From Chrysomallon squamiferum (Eukaryota > Animalia > Mollusca): 64,000 bases of DNA. How positions within the stretch are numbered: position 1 is the first letter of the stretch; every line of letters starts with the position of its first letter. Positions 24,101 to 36,996 of this stretch are shown here, one piece after another. The notes under the pieces are model-generated. The model worked only from the letters and a program-made list of their open reading frames with translations, made no database searches and was not told the DNA's origin. The stretch lies in contig CM022667.1 of assembly GCA_012295275.1 (NCBI GenBank), positions 20,832,001-20,896,000 of the forward strand. Direction: 5' to 3'. A program made the position numbers and the translations under genes.

Positions 24101-27100
24101 ATATTTGTTTATCATAAGATGAAAAGTATATCTATAATCAAATATTTTGGCATCAATCAAATATCTCTCTCTAAAATTCTCTTTTCCCCCAGTTGAAGTG
24201 GTGAAGTGGTTTACACCCACAAACACATAACAAAATTCCATAAAAAAAATTGCTAACTTTAACCTACCTTTACTTTTGCTTCACAATTTTCTCTTTCTTT
24301 ATTAAGAATTTCTTTTTCATCTACAGCAGATCTAGAAATGATTAAAAACAATAAACATTTCCCATTGTAATCATTATTTTTTTTATTTATTTTTTTTAAA
24401 TAGGTTAAAAAGGACTGCAGCTGTATTAAACTCATTTATTTATTATGATTATTAAAATAAAGTTAATTGCTTATTATCATCAAAGATAAAAAGATACAAA
24501 ACAAACCTTTTGACATTAGCTATAGCATTGATGTGCTCCTGAACTGGAATGCTGTTGTGACTGTTGAATAGCTGTGTGTCTAATTTGTGTTTTATTTCTT
24601 TTAACTTTAACCTTGTCTCTTCTAGTTCTCGTTCTAACTCAGTCTTTTCAAAGTCTAATGCAGAAAGCTTCTTCGTTAGTTGCATAACTACAAAAAAACA
24701 ATAAAACATGTATTTTGCTCTGTTCATTCATTTTAATATAGAAGGTGAATCATCTAAAAATACTTATTATTAAATCAGCCAACTGTAATGCAGTGGAAGT
24801 TGACAGGATCTTTCACATCATAGGAAGTTATGTACAAAATGGGTAATTAAGTGGGTTTTTCACAGATCTTGTTAAAAATACACACAATATTATTACAACT
24901 CTGAAGTTTGTAATACAGCTTATAAAAGAAAGTATTTGTAATAATGCTATAAAATGAGATGTGGAATGTACCTAACCTTCTTGTGTGTGAGCTTCATACA
25001 TATCCTGAACTTTTTTATGCTGCACATCAAGTTGTTCTAAAAGTAGCTGATTTTCTTCCAACACCAGTCTCGCTTGGTCTCGTATCTGCTTACTGATGTT
25101 CACATGTTATGACAAAGAACAACATGCACACAATCAAGTGTTAAAAATCATCAAGTTAAAAGTAATTTTGAAGAAGTGTTAATAAAAAGCCTATACACTC
25201 ATATTCACCTTGTTTTTACTTTTTTCTTTTACATTACCTAACAATAATCGTGACTATAAATTATACAAATTGCTAACATTTTTACTAAAATATGTGTGAT
25301 TGTGTAATGAATTAGAAAATCTACTGTATTTAGCCTAATTGTTATAATAATCACAGATACTCTTTAAACAGATGATCAAGTCCAGGTATTATTCTTTGAC
25401 AGATGTGTACTTACCATTCCGTGCCACTAGAGCCCATGTGTAGTTGGTTGTTTTCTTGTATAATTTCATTCATTTTTTCTTTCAGAGACCGTAATTCTTC
25501 CTGTCAACCCAAACTGGAGAGTTTAATTTTCTAGCTATTACATAAGTATTTTACATTTTAAATAGTGTTCTTTAAATCTATATTAGTTATATTATCAAAA
25601 AAGCTTTTTCAAAACATTAATAACTCTTATTGTTTGTTTATTTACTTGATTTATTATTGACAACCACTTTCTAATAAAACAAAAAACAAATGCAGTAAAT
25701 GTCTTTTTTCTCCTCTTTTTTTAAAATTATTTTTGAACATTAACAAATGAAAAAAGTTATCAAAGCAATCTGGAAATTCAGTCCTACCTTGCATTTCGAG
25801 ATAATCTCATCTTTTGCTTGGAGTTCATTATCATATTCGAAAAATAGTGGAGCCAGATATTTCTTGTCGATCTAAATATATTAAAATATAATTAAAATAT
25901 AACTTAAAGATCTCTAACTTTTTATCTAAGAGCATTTTAACAAATTATCTAACAATGTCATGTGTATTGTGGGAAACAAAAACAGACCTGAAGCAAGAAA
26001 CTAAAACTGAGTTTTACCTAGCAAAAATAAGAAAAAAAAAGTTCATTTTACATTCAATTTTAATAACCATTCTACTGTAAGTGACATGCTTTAAAAGTTA
26101 ATCTCTTACAAAGTCAAAAATAAATTTAATAAATTTTGTCTTTATATGAAACATCTCTGATGGCTGAGCAAGCTTTATTAATGGAACTGGAATAATAAGC
26201 CTTTATTTAAAATATCCATTATAATTGTTATTATTTGTTATTAAAAAATATATAAAATGCAATTAGTATACTGCTGATGAAAAAACAAGAAACAAAGACT
26301 AACCAGCCATGATGGAATAGGTCCTTTATTAGGAAGTCCTTCTACCTTAGACAACTGTAAAGGATTACAATCAATGTTAATTAATTAGACTGAGTAATCT
26401 GTTTTAAACAGAAATCAAAAACCTTAATATATTTATACTAATAAAATATTGTAAAAATAAATTACAGATAACAACTGTTCTGAAAAGAAATCATTATTAT
26501 AAGATTGTTTTCACCAGTCAAATAAAAGACTGAATACAGACAGTGATCAATTTACAACCTATGCATCTTACAACTGTTCAAATTTATGACCACATGTCTG
26601 ACATGGTATGGTGTCTGTTGAAGAAATAGGAACTTATTTAATGCCAGCAATCTTTATTTTCACCTCAACAAAGAGAAATGCAATGTGAAAAAAGATAAAG
26701 CAAATTAATTTCAAGTGCATGCAGATGTTTTGTCAGCAACCTAAATTTCATTTTAGCTTGAAGGTCACTGAATGATGTATGAATCATCCTTAATGTACAA
26801 TTAATGTAACTGGATGTAACAAATATTAAACACAAAGTAGTGTGATTTGTGTTTGATTTAAACTGAACAGTTTACTTAAAAAATTAACTACATTTATACG
26901 ACTTAAGACTGAAGTAATGTGATTACATACAAAAATATAGATTCTATAAATAGAGATGTCTGATGCACATCCATACTGACGCTGTATATCACAATTAAAA
27001 AAAAAAAAGTGTGAATGGAAATAATTTACAACATAGATAAATGTTTAATTAATATCACACAATTTTCTGAAATTATATTAAAATGAAATTAAAGTTCTGC

Positions 27101-30100
27101 TTAAAATTACAATATGTAAAGGATTAATAACAAATACTTTGGTTTCATAATTATTTCAAAAGGCTTTTTTTTCATTAAAACCTTGTTTACAGTGGTATGT
27201 GATTAGCTTACTTGGTCACGAGGGATCTGCCTGGCTTGGCATTTACTCAATTCAACATTTAGTCTGTGCACTGACTCCTTCAAAACTTCATTCTCACCCT
27301 CCAGTTTCTCAATTTTTTTTCTAAACGACAATGATTGAGCACTCTCTGAGTCTAAATTTAAAAAAAAAAAAAAAAAAGGGCTACTGAACAGAAAATTAAA
27401 TTATTAATTATGTTTTTAAATATGTGAGTTTAAAAGTATGTTTTATGAACAAGTACATTACATTTATATTTAATGACATAAAGCAAATGAAGCTGCTAAT
27501 CAGTTTATACATAAATGTACACACTGTTTGTTTAAATCTGGATTTAAGAAATAATTTTAGTGTTGTTTTTACCTCCCTTATTTACAGCATGTACTATTAA
27601 TTTGAGCGAGTCAACCTCTTCCTTGAGGTTTTCTGTCATTTCTTTCAGCCTCAGGTTTTCCATCTCCAGGTTTTCACCACTCTTCTGAATGTTCTCTGTA
27701 GACCCTGCTTGTGAAACATGTCAGAAATGTTCAAAATATTTCAAATTACAATACAGAACACTAACATTTAAAGTTAAGGGGAAAAAGTGATTTCTTATAT
27801 TGATTTGTTCCTCAAGATGAGGTCATTTAAAATCGCATAATATCATCATTTAAAAGATCCAGTTTTAATTTGAATGAAATATAATCACTATAATCACTAT
27901 AATCTATTTTTGAAACAATTATAAATTTTAAATATAACCCTGTTTTCACAGCCCTAAAGTGACATCACAAAACTCAAGCCAAAAATGCTAATTACTGGCT
28001 GCAGTGCATCATACCCAACTGTTCCATACATTTTTTTCTGAAGTGCCTTGTGAAAGATATTGTCTTTTCTTTCTGCCTAATTTTATTTGAACAACAGCTT
28101 TCAGCCTCAGTTATGAGCATTTTGCATACAGTTTCAGTTTTTCTGCTATACAAACACATTCTTTTTGAGGAAATGTATCAAATGATTCTTTTCATAATCT
28201 GAACTAAATATATAATATATTCAATTTCAATCTGATGCGGTTGAGGGAAACCTATACATGATAAAATGCTTCAGATGATCTTGGAAAAAGTTATCTGTGT
28301 TTGGAATCTTGGCTGGCTTAAACCAATGTTTATATAACCCACATACTTTGTTGTTAATTGACTCTTCTTGTATTATGTACTAACCACAGCTAAACTTAAT
28401 GATTTGAAATACTTAGCAGTTAGGGCCAAAGTGGATGCTGACTTAGTATCTTGTCTGTCAATAAAATCTGTGTCAATAAGGAAAGTGTCTGTATGTCTTC
28501 CATAATCAAAGACAGTTATAGAACTAGAAAAAGGTGATCTCAAAAAGATGACTTTCCAATACTGGCATCAAGCTCAGACAAGAGATCCTAGCATTGGTCC
28601 TTTCCTTAAATGTGTGTTTCAGGATAAACAACAAAGAAGAAAGAATATCTCCTCACCAAGACAGTTTGCACTACAAACCACAAATAAGTCTACTGTTGAT
28701 TAGAAATGTTTATTCACAGATGTGTTCTTCACCGGAAAACAGCTATATCTTTCCCATCATTTCTGATAACACCATAATTCAGTGTCGCACAACACTTGGA
28801 GTTTATTAAATCCTTGCAGAAATGTCTGGAAATCTCCTACAAAACTGTGAGGCTACTTATCACAGAGGAACTAAGGATAAGGGACAGTACGATTCTAAAA
28901 TCAAAGTTATGCTGTTCAGTTTGGAGACAGAGAACATTAGCATTTGTCAGGAAGCTCAAGGTGGAAGACAAATGGGAAGATGTCTAAAATGTGCAGTGTC
29001 AACCAAGAACTTCTCAGATGATTATGTTAATCCCATAATTTTAAGTGTAATTTTGCTTAATCTTTAGGTTTAAGTTTTGGCTTGAGCTTTGGCTGTAGCT
29101 TTTAATTTACAATTTTTACAATACATTCAGTTTGTATTATCTGTTAGCTAACGATTATATAAGATTATGATGGGGTACATTTATTATTAATATTTTATTA
29201 GTGTTATTTTATTGAATTATTTTTTCTTTAATTTTTTTCTATTATATATATTTTTAATTTTATATTTATTTATTTATTGCTAAATGTTGCTCACATTTTA
29301 TCTTATAGAAACAAAGATATTATTTGTGAAATGATTATACGTTATATAGTGAAAACTAAGTAAAAGCTGACAACTTTCAGTCACAAACTAACTTTGTGTT
29401 CTATGGGAATGTCGGCCACTTCTTCTTCCTGAATCTTGCTCTACAGAATGCTTAGGTATCTGTAATTGAAACAAAATATTTTAACTCAAACAGAATTTAT
29501 CTTCTGAAGGAATACAACTAATTAGTTATTAACAAATATATCTAAATTAATAAACTGAATAAGAATCTTAATTTTATTTAATATTCAGAATGTGAGCAAT
29601 TTACAATTTTACCTTATTATAAAAGTTACTTTTTTGTTGTGATCTGTCAGAATTATATTATCTCAGAAAATAGAATTGTAATATGATCATTAATATTTCT
29701 TTGTTTTGATCAATCAAATTTTTCTGATTTTTATTCTTTTTAGAAATATTTCATTCAGGCATAAATTAGTCATAAATTAAATATATTTAAATTTAGGATT
29801 AAGATTCTAGTTATATTTCTGAGATTACAAATCCCTAAATATAAATATATATCCAAATGACAATCTAAATAATAGTCTAAACTTTTTCTTTAAAGTTATT
29901 GTTTTTAATAAATGGTTTACTTAAATCTTTTGCAGACATTTTTAATTATTATTTTTTTTTAAATGTTTTTATTTATTTTATTTTATTTTATTTTATTTTT
30001 TGAAATTAGCTACTAGCAATTTTCTGAAATTTTGAAGTGTGAAGAATTTGATGACATAACTGTTTCTTCATTAGGTGGCAAGTCGTGGACAACCTGCATA

Positions 30101-33100
30101 GCCTGTCTCATATTATGAGTCGTTCCTGCCAGTGATAGTGGACTATTTCCATTCACAGACTGAAACAAAGCATTATATGAAAATTCTAAAATCTTTCAGG
30201 TCAAATATTAATTTTGGGATTTATCTTATGAATTAATGACAAATTCTTAAGACATTTCCTCATCAATAATAAACTTATTTGTGGTTAAAAGTAAATTAGT
30301 TTCAGGATTTTAATTGTAATTTGAAGGTTAGTGGGCATTTTATTCAAAATTTGTTCATAATGTTAACATTTTATAACTAATAATTACTATTTCAGTGTTG
30401 TTTTTTTGTTGTTTTTTTTCATGGTTAAATTAAAATCATATGCATTATTTATTACTGAATTACCTTTTTATATTTCCCTTTATTTGGAACTGCATAGAGG
30501 CCAGAGATATCCGGATCTTCAGAATCAACTGAAAAGAGAAAACATTTACACTGAACAGACTCAAGAAATCTGGATCATCTTTCATTATTTCATTGAGAAT
30601 TAACATTCATTTTAAACATTTATTTTAAACTGTCTTAAACAACACAATTGGTATAGTAACTAATAGTACTGAAAGGGCAAAAGAATGTTTTTAACAAAAT
30701 CCTAAGTAAAGCTTCCTAAGAAAAAAATTATACTGTAACAAAACAATCTTACAAAATAATATGTTAAAACAAAATAAACTGAAAATTTACTTTTTCTTCT
30801 TTTGTGTTAGGAAGTAACATATTTCTACTCATTAAATTTGATAAATTCAGTGATGAATTCAAAGACTAAATAAAGACAGTATTTTATATGTACCTGCATT
30901 ATTCTGATGATTATCCTCCGATCTTCTGCCAAATCCGGGTGTTTTTGCTCGTTCACGTTCCAGTGTTCCAAAATCAACACTGACATACCTACAAAATACC
31001 AGGTTTATAATGAAACATGCTAATTACTGAGTCTACAGAATTAACAGGGAACTAATTCTTTAATATCAAACTGAGCATATACAAAATAGATGAAAATAAG
31101 AAATACAACAATTCAATTTAAAATATAATCTAGGTGTAATCTACTCATTTATATTGAATTAGATATATATGTTATTAGACAGTTTGAAGCAATGTAAAGG
31201 AATAGGTATGATACAACCCCCATTAAAGGGAGAAAATTAAACTCACAAGTTGGCTTTAAAAGTCAGTGTTGTAAATGTAATGAGGTATTAATCCATTTCG
31301 CCCAAATATGAACTGTCTCTTGATGAGGGTACGATACCTAACAAAAATTAACTTTCATTCAAGCAAGACCTCAAAGGTAAGCCAATCAGATCTTAGTGTG
31401 TGAAAGTGTAACAGGATATAGATATGTACATGTAATGCTGAGGTATACTAGAAAGAAAGCTGGTGATGGTTACTGTTATCATGGGGTGAATGGAAATATG
31501 GTAATTTCTATGGCTGTGCCATCTTATTTTTAAGTTCATGATGTGGGCTATGTCTTGACATAAAGTCACACACTAATCTCCTAGGAGAACATTCGTGTTC
31601 CTTCTGTTCTGGAAAACTGTGCACTAAACGTGCATCAGGAAGCCAGACAACTATCCAAGTGATAATTTAAGGTATCCTCTAGAATAACATTTATTTCTCT
31701 TATAAACACTAAAAAAATGTTTAACAAGGGCAAACATACAGCAATATTTTACATTTTTTTAAAACCAGTGAGGGTGAGTAACCAAGGGTTTTATGGAATA
31801 AATATAGTTTCATCCAGTATTGTCAGTTTTATAAGAAATACTTTCAGTAGTGTTTCAGTCCAATAATAAGTTGGAAAGGTTGTGGCTTTACATCATAAGC
31901 TACTGTTAAGAATTAGAACATAAATTATGTGACATAATTAACATTCCTATTATGAATATTACTTTTTTTTTTTCATTTATTATAATCCATTCTTGTGTTT
32001 GGATTTTACTGTAAAAAATGATTTATTGTCAGCTAAAAAAAAACATCTATTGAAAGAATCACATATTATTTTGTCAAAATAATTTTATTGTCTGGAACTA
32101 TGGTGTCCTGGTAGAGTGTCACGCTAATTGTATGAACTAAGGTCCAAAATGTTAGTAATTTGTCTTGGAGGGGTTGTGAGGAGTTTTGTCAGTGTTTGTT
32201 GGTGGGTTTTTTTAAAATTAAAAAACAAAATTTTCTTTAATATATTTAAAATATATTTATTTAATAATATTGTTTGTTATACACACACATACACACACAC
32301 GCACGCATAGTACAGTTTATAAAAATATTGGCTGTTTTCTTTTTAAATAAGTCACTTATGTTTGAAATGTTTTGTAATTAAGTAAGCATAAATAATGAAA
32401 AACATGAAACCGACCTTTTGTTATATTACTACAATATTGCAAAGTTTTGCTGGAATGCTTATATAACAGATATATATTTTTAGTTATTGTATTCTTGAAC
32501 TTTAAATATCTTGTACTTTAATGACCTAAGATGTTTAAACCAAAAATTAGCTTTATTAATTTATTAATATAATATGGTTTCTTCTTTTCCTTTTTTATAG
32601 AATACATTTATCCCATTTAGTGCCTCATTTATTTCTCGCTACATTTATAAAATAGCATATTCGTGACTAGGAGAATGTATTTTATGATATTTTGACATTT
32701 ATTTTGGGCCCAAAAATTAACCTTATCATACCTACTCCTTTTTACAATACATCTAAGTTAAAATTAAGTTTCACGCGAATCACAATTAAAGAATAAAACA
32801 CAGGGAAAATTATTTTGAAAATATATGTCATAATTTTTTAGTGTGGTACCCTGCTTCCTCCATCTGTTGGTAATCATAAAGACTACTCTCAGGGTCACTG
32901 AATGGCTCATCATCACTCACTGGTACTGGCTCAGCAAACAATCGACTCAAAGTGGATGTATTTAACAAGGAAGATGCAAGTCCAGTCCCAGTTCCTTTTG
33001 GTGTTACAGGAGAAGGTGTTTTTGGAACGGCAGCAAACAAAACAGGAGGAACAAGAGCTGATGCTATGTACCTCTGAAATATGAAATAAAAAGCTTTGTA

Positions 33101-34652
33101 ACTTATATAAGTTTTAATGAGCCCTGATTTCCTTTAAAAAGTAATCAATTGTAAATATGAAATAAAAATTGTAATTTAAATTTTTTGTAATTGATATTTG
33201 ACATGAAAATATTTTACAATCCTGGCATTTTTGTTATAATTTTTTTAAAAGCACAGATGATGTGAAATATTAATGTAAGCAAAATAGTACTTATACTAAA
33301 AAGCTTTTTTTTTGGAAAAAAGTGATTTTGTAATATGGTCATTACAAACAAATGTCATATCATAATTTCATATACATATAAAACTTGACAAGCTATAATT
33401 AGCACATTCTGGCAAGATCAGATACTAATTTCAGTGACATCTAAGCCTAATTTATTGAGATGGATTCCATTTTTGTATCATTTAAATTTTTTTTTTAAAA
33501 CATAAAAAACAAATTCTGTTACTAGAACATAGAAAAACATGCAATAAAATATAAATGCAAGTACACACACAAGCTTCAATGTAACTAGGAAAAACCCTTT
33601 ACTGCTATGTCAATCAGAGAGTAGCAGTTCTGATAAAATAAATACAGTAAATAAAAGAAATATAAACCGTTTAATCTGTGTTGAAATTTTGTAAAGCAAA
33701 CAGATAATGCATTTATTGATTATAGTATTTATACCCTTTCAAATTCATAAATTATTTTTGTTCCAAAATTAATAGTTCCAAAATTACATTAATAGTAAGA
33801 AATCTAAATTTTTAACTAATAGAAAATATATAACTTTTTATGTAATTACAAAGAAAGTTGAAGCTGTCAAATCATTATTAATATAATTTTCTGTGAAATC
33901 AATAACACAAATGCTTTCCCTTGAACTCTGTTATTAATTAGAAATAAAATATCATTACTGTTTGCCATAAGACGTAAGTTATAATGTTAGTAATTAATTG
34001 TTCAAACAATGTTAAAGGTACAGCGTCTGTTACAAGTTACAGGTAACATTCTTAGTGATAACCAATGTTCTATATAAAAAAAATTCTACTGTGGTAACAA
34101 TATGCAGTATAAAACAATTTCTACAATGGTAACTACATGCAATTGTGCAAAATAAATGAGTTTAAAGACAGTGCGATATTGATATTCAAAGTTTAATTAC
34201 CGGATCATCAATGTGCCGCTGAAATTAAATTTGAATCAAGATAACAATTTTGTTTATACTATTACAGTAATTTATTTTCTACAGAATAATATATATAACT
34301 TCATATTGAATCAATTGATGGAGAATTTTTTTTTAAAGTCAACTGGATTTGATCACCAAAGTAGAAAGCTTATAAATAATTAAAAGCTTTGCGCATTGAA
34401 AAAGAAAAAAATGCATGATCACAAACATGCCTGAACATGCAGAGTTGAAAGACAGCAACTGAGTGAACTGCTAAGCAATGCATATATTTTAACCGTTTCA
34501 ATTAATCAAGAATTTGTATAGCAATATGCAATGAAATGTTGATATTTCGAGGTAAAAAAGCGATTTGCATCTTGAAATCAAACACAGATTTAATTCAATA
34601 CCATATCCGCAGTTTTCTTGTTTTTCTTTCCTTTCTTTCCCAATACAGGCAT
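21162..34652 (-). CDS. CEP89: Centrosomal protein of 89 kDa (distal appendage coiled-coil protein), ~703 aa, 21 coding exons: 34652-34602, 33073-32850, 30988-30894, 30528-30464, 30159-30094, 29459-29393, 27704-27573, 27351-27212, 26354-26304, 25871-25788, 25500-25415, 25092-24977, 24687-24507, 24331-24268, 23997-23894, 23115-23016, 22684-22643, 22446-22357, 22044-21998, 21670-21548, 21345-21162
   Basis: A phase-consistent GT-AG exon chain carries blocks I recognise from CEP89: AAVPKTP...[79 protein letters not shown] and ELDLDHVWQAASSEN. Confidence 0.88.
28370..28990 (+). mobile_element. Heavily deleted Ty3/Gypsy pol relic in a CEP89 intron
   Basis: Collinear fragments LTTAKLN...VDADLVS (RNase H end), WHQAQTRDPSIG (pre-integrase linker) and KGQYDSK...LAFVRKLKVEDKWED (integrase C-terminus). 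Confidence 0.55.
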
Positions 34653-35340
34653 GTTTTATGTGCTTTTTCTGTAATCACAAACACAACTCATTGTTGCGCA
34701 TGCTCAAAAAAATGTAAGAGGCCTCGAACGGGATTTTAATCAAAGTTTGTTAAATATTTATAATAAAATTGAAGGCATATTATTAAAGGATCTAAAATAT
34801 ACCTTTATGGGAATTTTCTTTTATATTTTGTTTTTCAAGTATTAGAAGAAAAAAATTGTTTTCAGATTATAATTTTTTTAGCAAAAGATGCATATATAAA
34901 ACTTATACAATTCTTATTCAGTTGTTTGTGTGATTATTTTTTCTGTACATTTTAATTGTAAAATATTAAATCTGCACAAGTCTTTCACCAACATATTCAT
35001 TTCATAATTATTAAAATCAGTAACCCCTTTTAAAACATTCCTTGTGTCGCAAACAGTCGACCTTGACCTAGATGTGATCCAAATTTCATACAGTCACTGT
35101 CGAGGTATTCCACCACAGTATTCGTATAAACACAGGTGATTTAATGTTTTTAAACAAATCATTAAAATATTTATTTACAGAAAAACGGAACATCCGTGAT
35201 GTATTTATTGAGATTTATTTTCGTAAATACAATTCAGTTTTATTTTAGTTATATACACAGCGGTACGGTGTATAATTGTATTAGAGGCCGAGGTACTCAG
35301 GTAGTGAGTAAGCGTCAGGTAATATCTTTAATATGGCGGC
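34653..35340. promoter_or_regulatory. Putative bidirectional promoter region for CEP89 (-) and MCR (+), including a probable non-coding MCR first exon ending at ~35300-35318
   Basis: NRF1-like TGCGCATGCTCA at 34695-34706, a cluster of donor sites at 35293-35319 and YY1-like AATATGGCGGC at 35330. The MCR ATG lies 1 nt after an acceptor, which implies an upstream exon. Confidence 0.45.
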
Positions 35341-36996
35341 TAAAGTGTTTTTAAAAGATGCAGTTGAATATATTTATAAGCTAGGTTATCGTTCAAACGT
35401 TACTGTTAAGTGTTTATTTCATACGTTCAGTTCACATTATTACATTAAATCTACTCCAGTGTACAATTTTGTTGACTATAAACTATAAAGTATAACAGGA
35501 AATTCAGTCAAATAAACTATTTGTCCTGCTATTAGTACTAACAATAACATAAAGTGAGACATGTATTTGTATTTGCCCCTTCTGCATCGTCCCAGTAATT
35601 TTATTAATTATTTATGTTTACACATAGACAAACAAAAACTATATTTGCAGAATTATAATATTGTCATATGTATAGCTACATAACATTACATAAAAATACA
35701 CAAGTCTGTTAGCAAGCAGGAATTGTTTGATGGACATCTCTTTTCAGTAACAAAGTCTTCAAATCTCATTAATCTTTGTCTGCTGATTGGCTCACAGGTG
35801 CCACCCAATTAATGTTGATGGTGGAATAGAAAAATCTGATGGATTAAAGATTGTGTATGACTATATCTCTACATTCTGTAACATTTCCATATCATAGAAT
35901 AACTAACTAAAAATATAAAAACTAAAGAAAATGTTTTATCCATAGGGACACAAAAATGAAAAATTTTAGACCTTCGAAAGCTGAATTTATTAGTAATATG
36001 TGTGTAAATATGTTTATTATTATTAATGTATAATTCTTTTAACAATAAGGTAGCCAAAATAATGAGACTACAAGGATTTGGTACAATTTTCATTAATAAT
36101 ATATATATATTTAATATTAAACATTTATTTTCAACTGTTACAGATGGCATAGCTCTGGTGCAGTTAATTTCAATTGTATGAATTTTAGTTTTTACATTAA
36201 CTGTAAATCAACAATTGAATATGTTTTTAACAAGCACCTTAGTAAAGTTTCCTTGGAAATGAAATTCATAATAAAACAATCTCATTAATTTTTGTACATT
36301 AAGAGTTACTAAGTACTTGCAAAACAAAGTAACTAGTGATTTTTTTATATATATATATGTTAAGCAATAATACTTTTTTTTCCCACTCAGTTTCATAATA
36401 TATCAGTTTTAAGATAAAATTTAGAAGAATTGTTATGTTAAAATTAATTATCTTATGGATACTTACCAACTCCTATTGCATATATCTGAAAATAATATAT
36501 CTCTATCATCTTCTGACACAAGTCACCTTAATCTGTTGATATTTTCTGCAGTGTGAGCAATGGAGGCAATTGCACAATACAGTTATTGAAATAAAAGTAT
36601 ATTTGTCATTTTCTTTGGAAGTCTCCAATGACCTGACAGGAACAAAAATCATATTAATGTGAATTAAAGTTTGTTTTATTTTAAATTTTTTGCTGCTCAT
36701 AATAAAAGTTTGTTTAAATAAAAATAACAGATGATAATTTTTTATTTATTATTATTATTTTCTTTTACTCTTATTTAAAAATTTATTATGGGTTGCCAGT
36801 TTTGCAGATGTCTACAAGATTTTATAGTGTGTTATCCCTGAGGGCAACCAGTGAAAAAAGTTAATTATATTTCCAAACTCCTAATCTTCACAACAAATAC
36901 TAATTAAAGACATGACTGAAAATAACAAATTTTGTTTTGCATTTTGTAAGGGAACTCATTTAAGACATTCATTTTTAATAAACTTTTCTTTGCAGC

